Shown: positions 34,747-46,258 of the stretch, piece by piece
Position numbering within the stretch: position 1 is the first letter of the stretch
How the letters are laid out: each line of letters opens with the position of its first letter
Assembly: GCA_964187785.1 (NCBI GenBank)
Contig: OZ076414.1
Coordinates: 48,732,001-48,796,000 of the forward strand
Direction: 5' to 3'
DNA from: Amphiscolops sp. MND2022
Taxonomy: Eukaryota
Length of the DNA stretch: 64,000 bases
Notes under the pieces: generated by a model
The model's input: only the letters and a program-made list of their open reading frames with translations
Told to the model about the DNA's origin: nothing
The model's database searches: none
Position numbers and translations under genes: made by a program

Positions 34747-37700
34747 AACCAGATACGCAGGTAACAATGCGTCAAGCGACGCCTTTATTTGCTGAAAATA
34801 CATACACACTACAACCAGGTGAATCCCTCGCCATAGCTAGCAGAATGCCCCACCTGTTAGACCATGATGCAACAGGAATAGTCACACCTTCACCACAATT
34901 CGAAAGCCACGACAGCATTTTCATCACATCGTCACTTAGTACGGTTAACAATAATGCTATCGGGTACCAAATAGTCAACTTCTCAGAACTTCCATATACA
35001 ATAGTTTGCGACACCCATTTAGCAGACTTCAAAATCCTCACACCAGAACAAATCAAACATATACAACCTGTAGATCCAGCGATGTTGTCATTCATGATAC
35101 AGCATGAAGAAACCACCGAAATCTACATAAATGAATTACTGAAAGTTCCTTCACAAAACCCCGAACAAGAGTCTTATTGGTTCCCAACACCAGAAGATCC
35201 AGGAGACCCTACAACCTATACCCCAATCCAACAACGAACCTACAATGAACTCCTTGAGCTTAAAGAACTCGAACAACTCAACCCACAAGAAAATGAAAAA
35301 TCCAGGAAAACTTTCCCTTCGAATTTCGACTGGACCGACACAACGCTCAACCCAGAAGAACAGAAACAAATTGAAGAAATCCTCATTGAATTCCATGACA
35401 TTTTTGCCAGACATCGATTCGACATTGGCACCAATCGTGAATTTAAGGTTAAGCTTACACCAAATGATGACCGACCAGCATACAGTCAAAGTTTACCAAC
35501 ACCAATCAACCTTAAAGATGACATTACGGTAGAACTAGCACTTTTACACAAATATGGAATCATAACAACCCTACCTTTCTCAAAATACGCTAGTCCAATT
35601 TTTGCACAACGCAAACCGAACGGACGCCTCAGACTGCTAGTGGATCTTAGAAAAATCAACAACTTAATCACCGAAGACTACATCAACAATAACCACCCGG
35701 TAAGCACATTATCGGATGCAGCACAACATATGGCAGGAAAGAAACTTTTCTGCAAATTAGACTGCTCCCAAGCTTACCACTGCCTCCAAATGGCAGACTA
35801 CCAATCTATCCACATGCTTGCTTTCAACTTCGCAAGCCGAACTTTTGCTTACCGCAGACTCGCTCAAGGGCTTAGCAGATCTCTTTCAGCCTTCTCAAGC
35901 TTCATGAGGGAGTACCTTGACAAGGCGATCAAGGCCGACCAATGTGCACAGTACGTTGATGACATTGGTATAGCAGCAAATGACTCAAAACAACTATGCG
36001 CCAACATAAGGACGGTCTTTGAATGCATCCGAAATGCTGGTTTAAAACTCACAATGTCCAAATGTCATTTCGGAGTTAAACAAGTCGACTTCCTAGGCCG
36101 AACAATTACACCCAAAGGCGTGGCCCCTCAAGCTGACAAAGTCAAAGATTTCTTATCGAAATTGAGATTCCCTAAATCCAAAAAAGCACTCCAAAGGTAT
36201 ATAGGATTCCTAAACTGTTTCCGCAATTACATCCCGAGACTATCTGAACGTCTCTCTCCATTCTTTAAACTCCTTAAAGAAACCTCCAAATTCTATATAC
36301 CCACTAATTTGGTCGAAGATTTCACCAACCTCAACAAACTTCTTGAAAACTCATGCCAATTAGCATTGAGACAACCCCTTAAAGATAAACAACTCATAGT
36401 AATGTCTGATGCAAGCTTCACAGCAGCAGGATATGCTATCATGATAGAAGATGATCCCAACCAAAAACTCCAGTCCAAGCGCAAAACCTATGCTCCCATA
36501 GCATTTGGTTCGAAAACATTCAACCCAACACAAACAAAGTTATCGATCTTTGCGAAAAAATTCCTTTCCATCTACTTTGCTTTTGTCGAATTTGGACACC
36601 TTATGTGGGGGAGCAAATTCCCCATCATTGTGTTCACAGACAACAGAGCGGTTACCCGCTTTTTCCAAGCAAAACTTATTCCTCCAGCACTCTGGAATGC
36701 ATGTGATTATGTCCTGCAATACAATTTTGTCATTGCTCATGTTGCTGGTTCAATGAACACTGCGGCGGATTTCCTGTCCAGAACGGAAGTCAACCCAGTC
36801 GAAAAACTTGAAATGAGCATAAGAAATGATATACAAACGAAAGCGATAGAAGTCAATATACAATCCTCAGGCATCGTAGAAGAAGAACAAATTTACATCC
36901 TCCTTGATGATGAATTTGATGAAAACAAACTTTGGGAGGAAAAACAAAACGTGAGAAATCAGGCTCAAAATGAAACTCACAATGACCCAGAAAACAATGT
37001 TACTGAACTTCAACAATTCCACAAACCAACATCCGGCTTAAACACATGCTCTGAAGGACATTTCCGAGACAATGCCAGAATCAGACTCGAACAAAACAAT
37101 GACATTGTTCTTAGAAATCTCAGAGCTAAAATCGAAGGAAACCCTTTTGATGAAAACGACTTGGCATCTGACTACAGATACCAACATTACCTCCAAAACA
37201 TAACCAGAATTGAAATCAAGCAAGAGGTTCTTACTCGCAAATACTACACAGACACTGGAACCACTTCGCATTATCAAATTCTGCTACCAACACAACTCCT
37301 AGAAGAACTACTTCAAGCCTTACATGGCCACAACTCAAACCATCCAGGTATCACAAAGATGATACAAGAGGTGAGGCAGAAATACTACTACCCGTGTATT
37401 GCAAAATACAATAAAAAATGGGTGACTAATTGTCAAACCTGCATACAAACCAAAAGGATCAATAATGACCCCCTCAGGACCGAACTACTTAATTGCCCAG
37501 AATGGGACCTCGGCCCTGAAGACATTCTCCAAATGGACATCCTACCAAACCTTCCACCCAGTGGTGGATACGACCACATTATAACAGCAATTGATGTTTT
37601 CTCGCGATACTTGTTTGCTTACCCAGTGACTCGTATAACCGCAACATCAGTCGCTCGAGTAATAATGGACATTTTATGCAAACATACATACCTTCCAACA

Positions 37701-38846
37701 ACCATAATCACAGACCTTGGAACACAATTCAATGCCCAAGTAACCCACGAAGTAACAGCAGTCCTAGGTGTTGAGATTAAACATGCAACAATGAAACACG
37801 CTCAAACAATAGGACTCCTGGAAAGAATACATGCTTCAGTAAAAACCCAACTTAAAGCAGCTACTGGAGAATTCCGACATAACTGGCATAAATTTCTACC
37901 ATTAGCGGTTCTAAACCACAACACAACATATCACGCATCGCTTGGTTGCGAGCCTTCACGAGTTTTTCACGGCCGCATACCACATAACATACTGGACTAC
38001 AAGTTAGGATATAATCCTAATCCGAAATACCAGCCGCAAACTGATGTCGCAGAACAAATACAACGAAGAATGCGAATATTACTAGACCAGACCAAAAAGA
38101 ACATCATGCAATCCTATCTTAAATATAAAGCTTATTATGATAGGAAGGCCAAGGCCTCACCGCTGGAAACAACGGACTACTGCTATATTCTTAATCCGAA
38201 GGCCGACACACAGGCAACGAAAATACCATTCCGTGAATTCAGATGGCAGGGTCCTTACAAGGTTGAAAAAGTCCTTCCTAACAACAATTACATAGTTAGG
38301 AGACTAGGAACAAACAAAACACAACTCTTACACCGAATTCGGTTGAGGAAATTTACACCGCACGCACTTTTAGCTGACATTTTTGTCCGAGAATCCGATT
38401 GGCAAAAAGATGATCAAATGCCAGTGGCTCATGATGACTTATATGCTCAATCATGGAACACAAATTTTGGACCTAATCCCTTCGAGGACAGCCCTCCGGA
38501 TCATACACAGAACACTGATGATATTGAATACGTATCTGTTGATGCACCTGAAAATAACCACCCTCCCTCCCTCGAATTTCCAAAAAACAGTGGGGGGAGC
38601 CCAGTGGAACAGTCCACTGAACGCGAAGAAGATAATTATGATGAAATCCAGCAAGAAATCCAAGATAATGATACAGAAATCTCCCAAACAACCCCAAAAG
38701 AAAATACACCAGATACACAATTACAAAAAACTCCAGAAAATTCACAAAATACCCCATTGCAAGAAGAACCCATAAATACTCGTGGTGAAAAATACAACTT
38801 ACGCCCTAACCCTAACCCAAACTTCTCAGACTCTTACAGATATTAA
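34737..38846 (+). CDS. pol: Gypsy Pol: RT, RNase H, integrase
   Basis: RLLVDLRKIN, KLDCSQAY, YVDD, SDAS, FTDN. HHCC (HGHNSNHPG...CQTC), D-D-E (QMDI, TDLG, LERIH) and the GPY module. Confidence 0.97.
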   Translation: MQLKPDTQVTMRQATPLFAENTYTLQPGESLAIASRMPHLLDHDATGIVTPSPQFESHDSIFITSSLSTVNNNAIGYQIVNFSELPYTIVCDTHLADFKILTPEQIKHIQPVDPAMLSFMIQHEETTEIYINELLKVPSQNPEQESYWFPTPEDPGDPTTYTPIQQRTYNELLELKELEQLNPQENEKSRKTFPSNFDWTDTTLNPEEQKQIEEILIEFHDIFARHRFDIGTNREFKVKLTPNDDRPAYSQSLPTPINLKDDITVELALLHKYGIITTLPFSKYASPIFAQRKPNGRLRLLVDLRKINNLITEDYINNNHPVSTLSDAAQHMAGKKLFCKLDCSQAYHCLQMADYQSIHMLAFNFASRTFAYRRLAQGLSRSLSAFSSFMREYLDKAIKADQCAQYVDDIGIAANDSKQLCANIRTVFECIRNAGLKLTMSKCHFGVKQVDFLGRTITPKGVAPQADKVKDFLSKLRFPKSKKALQRYIGFLNCFRNYIPRLSERLSPFFKLLKETSKFYIPTNLVEDFTNLNKLLENSCQLALRQPLKDKQLIVMSDASFTAAGYAIMIEDDPNQKLQSKRKTYAPIAFGSKTFNPTQTKLSIFAKKFLSIYFAFVEFGHLMWGSKFPIIVFTDNRAVTRFFQAKLIPPALWNACDYVLQYNFVIAHVAGSMNTAADFLSRTEVNPVEKLEMSIRNDIQTKAIEVNIQSSGIVEEEQIYILLDDEFDENKLWEEKQNVRNQAQNETHNDPENNVTELQQFHKPTSGLNTCSEGHFRDNARIRLEQNNDIVLRNLRAKIEGNPFDENDLASDYRYQHYLQNITRIEIKQEVLTRKYYTDTGTTSHYQILLPTQLLEELLQALHGHNSNHPGITKMIQEVRQKYYYPCIAKYNKKWVTNCQTCIQTKRINNDPLRTELLNCPEWDLGPEDILQMDILPNLPPSGGYDHIITAIDVFSRYLFAYPVTRITATSVARVIMDILCKHTYLPTTIITDLGTQFNAQVTHEVTAVLGVEIKHATMKHAQTIGLLERIHASVKTQLKAATGEFRHNWHKFLPLAVLNHNTTYHASLGCEPSRVFHGRIPHNILDYKLGYNPNPKYQPQTDVAEQIQRRMRILLDQTKKNIMQSYLKYKAYYDRKAKASPLETTDYCYILNPKADTQATKIPFREFRWQGPYKVEKVLPNNNYIVRRLGTNKTQLLHRIRLRKFTPHALLADIFVRESDWQKDDQMPVAHDDLYAQSWNTNFGPNPFEDSPPDHTQNTDDIEYVSVDAPENNHPPSLEFPKNSGGSPVEQSTEREEDNYDEIQQEIQDNDTEISQTTPKENTPDTQLQKTPENSQNTPLQEEPINTRGEKYNLRPNPNPNFSDSYRY

Positions 38847-39031
38847 AAAATACAAACAATTAACACTTTTTCAGTACCCCTCTTCAATTCGGGAGTCCTT
38901 GTTTTTTTCTTTTCAATAAGCAAGTACGCTCCTGACAAGTAAATAATGGAACGACTTACTAAATCACAAATAAATACAAATTGTGATACAAATAACTAAA
39001 GTTCAATCGAACAATAAGTTGAATTCCAACG

Positions 39032-42000
39032 TTAGTTTTTCTTCGACTTAGAAGACTTTGGCTTGGTGGCTGCAACAGACTCACTAAAATCGTCTTCAGA
39101 GCATCGGGCAACGGACACGCTAAGTCGCCCAAGGGAGGGCCCAGGAGAAGGAGTACTGGCATTACTGGTCGATCTACTGAGACTAGGAGTGGTCCCACCA
39201 GACTCTACAACAACTTTCTCAGCTTGTAGGACAGACCTCTTGTAGGCAGCTTCAAGTTTGCCCCGTAGAGCAGTTCTTCGCGGGCCACTACCCTTGAGGA
39301 AATTCCAAATTGAAAATTTTTTGTCAATCAACAAGTCCTGACCTCTGCCCAACAAGCGAAATGCTCGCCCAATTGAACGCTGATCTCTGTACAAACTGGA
39401 AACATGCGGAACGCTCAAGTAAGATTGCTGCAGACTAGTCACGCACGATTGGAACATCTCTTTATCAGATGATAATGTTGGGACTGGCACTTCAAAATGA
39501 TCAACTTTGCCAACAAATGGAGGCAAGCAGAGACAAGCGTAACGAAACAAATGAAGCAGGTCCGGTCGACTTTGCGTTTCATAATGTGAGGCAAGGTATT
39601 GCACCCAATTGTCGTCCTTAACCACAGAATCAGCCCGCAATTTGGTAGCCAGAGAACGATATTGGCTGACACACTTGACTTTATCGCTAGGAGAAAGCCA
39701 TCCTGAATTAACGAAATAGGTTGTGAGCTTTTCCACTGCACTAACGTAGTGCCTCTCTGGTCCTTCTACCATAACAGCAAAATCGAATGACGACAATCCT
39801 CTAATCAGATTTGAATTGACAAGCTCATGTTTCAGCAGAATTTTGCAAAAAGATTTGCAAAATGCAATCGATTGATCAATGAATTTGCCCGGCTGGGGCA
39901 ATTTGCTAGCGATCACTAATTTATGATAGTCAACATTCAAAACGAATTCCGAAGCAGTTTTGAAGGGAAGGTCGGTTCGATCCAAATCAAGGCACAAATA
40001 ATTGTCCCAATCAGAAATGCTTCCCAAAGTTTGATCGGGTAGAATATTCTGCAGTTGGCAATACAGAAGCACAGCAAACTTGTTGAAAAGTCTAAATCCA
40101 CTATCCTTTTGACCTTCCAATTCGGAGAACGCTGAATTATCTAAAACAAACAACATGGAATCCAGTTAAACATTCCCCTGAAGTCAGATATACGAAAAAT
40201 ACAACAAGAAGAACGTCGAAAAGATATACTATACACTATTCTCCATGTTGATTTACGAAGAATATACGTCATTAGAAGGAAATTTTTATCAAATATACGC
40301 CATTACACACTTTAAGTTATGCCGAGTATACGTTATTATACGGAACTCGCTGCAAAGCTTATACGAACACGTGTATAAATACTATACGTCAAAGTACAGG
40401 AAGAAAGATGGTGAGTGTACGTCATTATACGCATCTTACAAGAAAAGGTATGACGTCAACGATTGGAATGAATTGTAATGTCTATACGCTATCATGCGGA
40501 ATGAGGCGTGATGACTAAACGTCATTATGCGGATGCAGCAGTATGACGGACGAGTCACAATGGTAATGCATCATTATACGGAATGAGGTGTGATGACTAT
40601 ACGTCATTATGCGGATACAGTAGAACGAAGAACAAGACATCAGTGGGATGCATCATTATACGGAACAAGCTATAAAAACTATACGTCATTATGCGGTTTC
40701 AGCATGACAGAGAGCAAATTACGGCGTCGTTACACAGAACGAGTTACAATGACCATACGCCATTATGCGGAATACGAATAACTTTGCGAAGCTAGCTTGT
40801 AATGCTAAACTAAAAGGAAGATGCACATATATGCAGATTAATCTTGAATGATTACACTGAAATATGCGGAATTAGCCTTAGAAAAGCAAAAATTGCAGTG
40901 TTTTGTTCGCACCGGACAAAGCAGGGCAGTAGTAACGGTCAAAGCAACAAAATGTGGAAAATGAGACGCAACTACTAGGAATTAGGAAAGAAATTGGACG
41001 TTGGGAAGTTAACACACATAATATGCAAAAAGTTAGTCAGGTTAAAAAACTGTCCCGAAAAGACTAAATATATAAAGACAACTCACAATGGTCAATCACA
41101 CATCGAATGATGAATAGTCGGGCCAGGTAGGCTGTGTCCAGCTTGAAACATTCATCAAGGGTGTTTGGCTAAAAGCAGTGGGGATTGAAATAAATTGAAA
41201 CTCGGACATTTGTAATACGTGATAAAGAAAACCGACCTCTCTCATGTGGAAGCGATAAATTGGCAGTCGCGAAACCTGATTGAGATGCTGCAACACATGG
41301 TCCCAGTTCGCAGAAAGCTGTTCAATATTGATGGACGCCTCATGGAGCGAGTAGTCGAGTGTGATGACACACCAAAAACGAAAAATTGGTATTATTTTCA
41401 GTATACTAACCAAGACAAATGCTCTCAGGAAAATACCAACTTTGTGTAAGGTCGGCAATGAGTGGAGCCAGTCTCGATCGAGAGCTGTACGAAGCTTCAT
41501 CAGGAGGTAGTCGAGTATCGACCGGAAGTCGTGCCTCTCGATAATTTGGGTTGTGGGCTTTTCAAGAGACTTTTCAAAATCAGCAGGTCCATATGTTTTG
41601 ACAACTTTCGGTCTTCGGTTCCCGGGCAGTGTCGAAGCCAAGCAATTGCCTAATTTGTCTCCACCCCCAAGGACACTGATGCAAGAAGGAGGTTGCTCGA
41701 GTAGGCTCAGAAACGATGAAATTAAATCCAAAATGCGTCGGGGAATCAAAACCCCTCGGGGGCCAGTACCGATGCAGACACGGTAGAGTACATTTCCTGT
41801 CCAGAAGCACACGAAGAGACGAACGTGAGTTGGGTCATGCTGGAAGATGATTGAATAGACCCCAGAAGATGAAATTGCAGTCACGCAATAAATTACCAGC
41901 TCTCGAAACATGTACACCAAGATTCCCTGGGAACAAAATAAAACTCAGAAACTCAAATGACAATTTGATCATGGGTAGAATTTCCTGGTTGAGAACGCTA

Positions 42001-43784
42001 ACTTAAATTGGAAAGTAGGAGAATTTACATACAAAAATGCGATGTTCGCTCCAGTTGAGTGATGTAGCTTGTTGAACACTCGGGAGGTGTCGTACCAACT
42101 CATCATGGACTCCAGTCAGACTATTTAGATGGCCTCCAAACCGCAACCCGAACTCAAGGATGCAAATTTGCGACAAAACTTCTTCGGAAGTGCTGGTATG
42201 ACTGGCTAAATCAGGTACTGAGGTTTGGTTTACCAAGGGCCGGCAAGGATCCAGTTGGGGCGCAATCGGGTAGGTGTCTTTCGCCTTTCTTTTAGCCTCG
42301 CTGAGAGGCACTCCTTGCAGTTCTTTCTCTTCCCGATCGAAGAGTGGCATTCCAGGAATTTCCATGCGAATCCTGTGTTCCTTTACTAAGTGGCCCTCAG
42401 TACGGTAGTGGGACATTAATTCTAAAACCCCTCTGCGCATAAGGGATAACTCCACATTGCAGACCCTACACCACCATTTGTAGGGTGTTTTCTCCTTGTC
42501 AAGGGGCCCAGTAGCCGAAAACTTTAAGACAGGATGTTTCCTGAACATATGGGTTTTCAGGGAGTATTTAGGTCTTTGCCTTTTCCCTCGCACAAAAGAA
42601 GATCCAGCTGTTGGAGGGTAAGGCACCATAGGCAGCTCGGAACTGTTTGCTGCATTGGGATTGGGGACATTCGTTGTGTCTCCTTGGTTCCCCACGGGTT
42701 CGTTTGTGACCATTAATGAAATCGGTCGGTCCCACTCGGCTTCCTCACCATGCAGAAGAGCAGGAGGTAATCGGTCTAGTACCCTAGACAAGGCAAGTAT
42801 CTCATTTCTCGTGATGCTGATTCTCCCTGGATTCACTTGAGCCATCATCTCTCCTTCATCGATCACAAGGTTTTCAGTCGGGGTATTAGTAAGATTAGCT
42901 TGAGCAATTGGTTCCGGTTCAGCAATATGGTGAGGAGGGGAGGTTATCTCTTCTTCGTGAGAACGATCAAGGATGTAACGACTAAAAGGAGAAGACATCA
43001 TGTGGGAACTTCCAGCTGCCATAATCCCTTCCAGCAATTCTTGGGATATTTCCCCAGGAAATAAATCCATTGCAGGTGGAGGAGGAGTGTCACAACTTTG
43101 AGTTTGAGTGTTCTCGCTTTGTTCTGCTCCGAGGGGCTGTTCTACGTGATGCTCAATCCCTTCACAAGTTTGATGGAGCACAACTACCGACGAATCATCG
43201 TCTCGCACGACAGAATCTGGCACCCCTTCTTCTGCTGGGGGATCTTTTGGGACGAGAGTTTTCTCTGCAGTAGAATGGGGCAATACAGACGTGAAAGGAC
43301 CAGGATTGTTTGTCTGGATAGTTGGGGAAATGACTTCCAATGGGGTATATATCTTGGTAGGGGATCTTCCAGGAGACCTCTCTGTTGCTCCAAGTTCGAC
43401 TAAAACAATCAAACCGTCACCGTCTGAGTAACTCGGACTGGTTTCAAAACAAATGATCTCTGTTTTAGCATTACCGGAAAAGAAAGCAGAAATACAGCTA
43501 ATTCGGAAGTCACAAAATCCGAACCGGAAGTTGATAAGCTTCCGCGAAGAGAAATTTAGCTATTGTAGTACTCTAGCTTCAAAATAGATGTTAGCCTGGC
43601 CAGCTTTTCATCTTTTAAAAATTACCGATCGAAAAAATTTGGACAGAAACAAAATTCACTCGAAAGAGTAAAATGAGTCAAACTTACCAGGAGTAGCGGT
43701 AGTCGGAGATTTGTAGCCCCAAGAAGTGAAGTGTTTACGAGACAGCATATCCTTCCGGGATTTCCGCCTTGAATTAGAATCCAT
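39032..43784 (-). pseudogene. Four-exon antisense gene in the Gypsy element: BED-like C2H2 finger + hAT-transposase-like C-terminus (~1170 aa, lightly disrupted)
   Basis: Predicted exons 43784-43688, 43474-42033, 41926-41087 and 40177-39032. Donors GTAAGT, GTATGT, GTGAGT. AG acceptors for introns 2 and 3; CG for intron 1. All junctions keep frame. Stops at 41098-41096 and 40168-40166. Motif WWCRVC-x16-H-x5-H. Confidence 0.75.
40240..40880 (+). repeat. Array of TATACGTCATTAT(G/A)CGG motifs, including an 82-bp periodic core
   Basis: CATTATRCGG at 40523, 40572, 40605, 40654, 40687 and 40761 (82-bp period), with many partial copies around them. Confidence 0.85.
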
Positions 43785-44259
43785 CTTTCGAACAAATGAG
43801 TGTAAAGGGTGTTGAAAGTACAATAAATAATTCAGAATGGTAACAATTAAATACGGGAGTTAAAATGAGTGAAGAATTGAAATTAAATTTAGGATCCTTG
43901 GATTGAGGGGAGTACGAGAAAAGACTAAATAACTAGAAACTAACTATGATATACGACGAAAAGACTGATTAAAAAAGTTTAAAATTAAACAGATTGCAGA
44001 AACTGGTGAAATAATCAAAGGCGTGGCGTAACAAAACGAGGCAAAGAAGCAAATGAAACATGTATTTATTGAATATGCTTGTTCAAACTGAACGCTGATT
44101 GGTCAATTAAAATGTCATTCACCACTGCCAGGGTGATAGATTGATTAATTGACAGCCACAAATTACTTCCCACTTATGCGCAAAGCAGAGATGGTTAGAT
44201 GAAGTAATATATAAACTTCAATACATACAAGCACGCGGCAGTATACGATTTAAGCTGTG

Positions 44260-44485
44260 ACGAACATACGTCAGTATACGAACTACAGGACGTGAGTGAG
44301 CGTCAACGCCCATACCAAGCAATGATGAGCATACGGCATTATGCGGAATTACCATAGCCACGTGCAATACAATTTACAGAGCTACATGAGATTATGCGTC
44401 AACATGCGGATCAACTGCAGATGATTATACTGTAATATGCGGATTCACAAAGTGGTTACGCGGTAATATGCGGAATTACCATAGC
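44260..44485 (+). repeat. Second cluster of the (C/A)AT(T/A)ATGCGG motif
   Basis: CATTATGCGG at 44337, AACATGCGG at 44401, TAATATGCGG at 44433 and 44464. ATGCGGAATTACCATAGC occurs twice. Confidence 0.75.
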
Positions 44486-45208
44486 GGAGTATAAAGAGGT
44501 ATTCTGAACCACACGAACGGCAACAGAACAGACCGAACAATTATGTTACGTAATACGATGCACGATAGCCACACACAACGGTGTTAGAGTGGGTATTGGA
44601 AAGAAACGAAAGGTGACTGGTTACTCAATGACAATGGACAACTCCCCCAAACAATTACTGATTACAATGCGCTTTTAAAGTAAAACTTACAAACAAAAAC
44701 GTATAAACTGATGTTTATTTCAATATGGTTGCTTGAATTTTTAGTTTCGAACATCTTGTTGGGAAAACTGAATTTTAGTCATGTAAGATGATTATATGTT
44801 CCTTTTATACTATATTTTCATATAACGGAAGGAGAGTCATGTAATCCTTTGATGATGATCATAATTTTGTTTCTTAGCTATTAAACTAAATGAAACACCG
44901 CCAAAGGGTTGAGGTGAAGAAGACATCATCCTGAGAATAGCCTTAAATGGAATTTGTTTACGTTGAGTTACAAGGAATCACGACAATTTTCTTGAATCCA
45001 AATCCTAGCGTCAGGGTAGAGACCAAATAAGGAAGCAGTGAAACCCTGAGAATCATGACACTCAACTTTTTCGCGGGTTTTGTCGAAGAAAAGGGAGAAC
45101 TGAAAAAGATATCACCATATGGTCTACAATAACTTAAAGTTCAGTTGTCTCTAATTTCAAAACTTTGCCTTTTGCTGATCCTTAATTCATAAATACATCT
45201 TCAAAATA

Positions 45209-46258
45209 ATGAATCCAACACAATCTAACATCACTGAAGATCTGGGTTACTCGCCCATTTCCCCTGATGTGATCGATATATCAAGCGAGTCCGGAGAAGA
45301 ATTTGTCGTGGAACCTGGCAATATCGCACAACTAAATGAAAGATTTAGAATCAACACTATGGGATCTAATATCATGGCCGCTTTTGTGGGATCAGCGACA
45401 GCCGCTTTGTTCCCTCCTTCGAACTCAGTCGATCGACAAGGGACCATTGATATCGCTGGCACCACTATTGAAAGGGAGATCATGGAGTTGATTGAAGAAA
45501 GTCCACTTTCGCCTTCTACTTCCTCCTTGTCTTTCATAGACTCAGAATTTGAAGAAGTGGACATGTCGCCGAGAGACTCCACCGGAGCACCAGAAAGACA
45601 GTTAAACAATTACGGGCGACCCGTCGCTGCTATTTTGCCCACGCCTAGGATTCCCAGACAACAATCAAATGAGATGATCAGACCAATACCAACATACCCA
45701 CTGAACTTCTCACAAGAATCTTCCAATTTTCAGCAAATCAATACAACGAATGACCAAGGGATTACAAACACTTCAGCGTACGAAGCAGGTGGTACACATT
45801 CACAAAATGCATTCGTGTCAACAGAACCGCAATACCCAGCTGTAGGGGACATCACACCCATGGTAATACATTTGCCCCCTAGATCTATGGTGGATGTTTC
45901 TGCCAATTTTATTGGCCCATCTCAACAAGTTACCCAATTTGGATTCCCATTCAACATCCTACATTGCCCCAACGTTCCTGCGATGGTAGCCAACGAAGGA
46001 CAAATCTTCCGGCTGTTTCCCACGGTCATGCCCAACGTTTCCGGATACTGTCATTGGTGTGGTCGCACTTTCGATCAAATTGCGTTAGAGACCCTCGGGG
46101 ACTATCTTGGAGCAACTGCCTATGATGGGGAAACAGTCAGAGATCGTGGAGTGAGGTCGAGAGCTTTCAACGACGGTTTTGAAGCTGCGTTGTTTATCTT
46201 TAAACACGCAGGACTGTCGCAGCCCCAAAGATGCGATGGGTCCGGAGTGCATCAGTAA
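45209..46258 (+). CDS. Extra sense ORF of the Gypsy element, 349 aa, unknown function
   Basis: Uninterrupted ATG ORF with an acidic/Ser/Pro-rich N-terminal part and a C-terminal YCHWCG motif. The stop codon lies 44 nt inside the 3' LTR. No signal peptide or TM segment evident. Confidence 0.7.
   Translation: MNPTQSNITEDLGYSPISPDVIDISSESGEEFVVEPGNIAQLNERFRINTMGSNIMAAFVGSATAALFPPSNSVDRQGTIDIAGTTIEREIMELIEESPLSPSTSSLSFIDSEFEEVDMSPRDSTGAPERQLNNYGRPVAAILPTPRIPRQQSNEMIRPIPTYPLNFSQESSNFQQINTTNDQGITNTSAYEAGGTHSQNAFVSTEPQYPAVGDITPMVIHLPPRSMVDVSANFIGPSQQVTQFGFPFNILHCPNVPAMVANEGQIFRLFPTVMPNVSGYCHWCGRTFDQIALETLGDYLGATAYDGETVRDRGVRSRAFNDGFEAALFIFKHAGLSQPQRCDGSGVHQ

Noticed and set aside
41363-41401. Additional 39-nt intron in the antisense gene (GTTAGT...TTTTTGG)
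   Set aside because: The acceptor is not AG and the segment is in frame. It cannot be decided without RNA data.
45209-46258. env gene
   Set aside because: No signal peptide, furin site or transmembrane anchor is visible.
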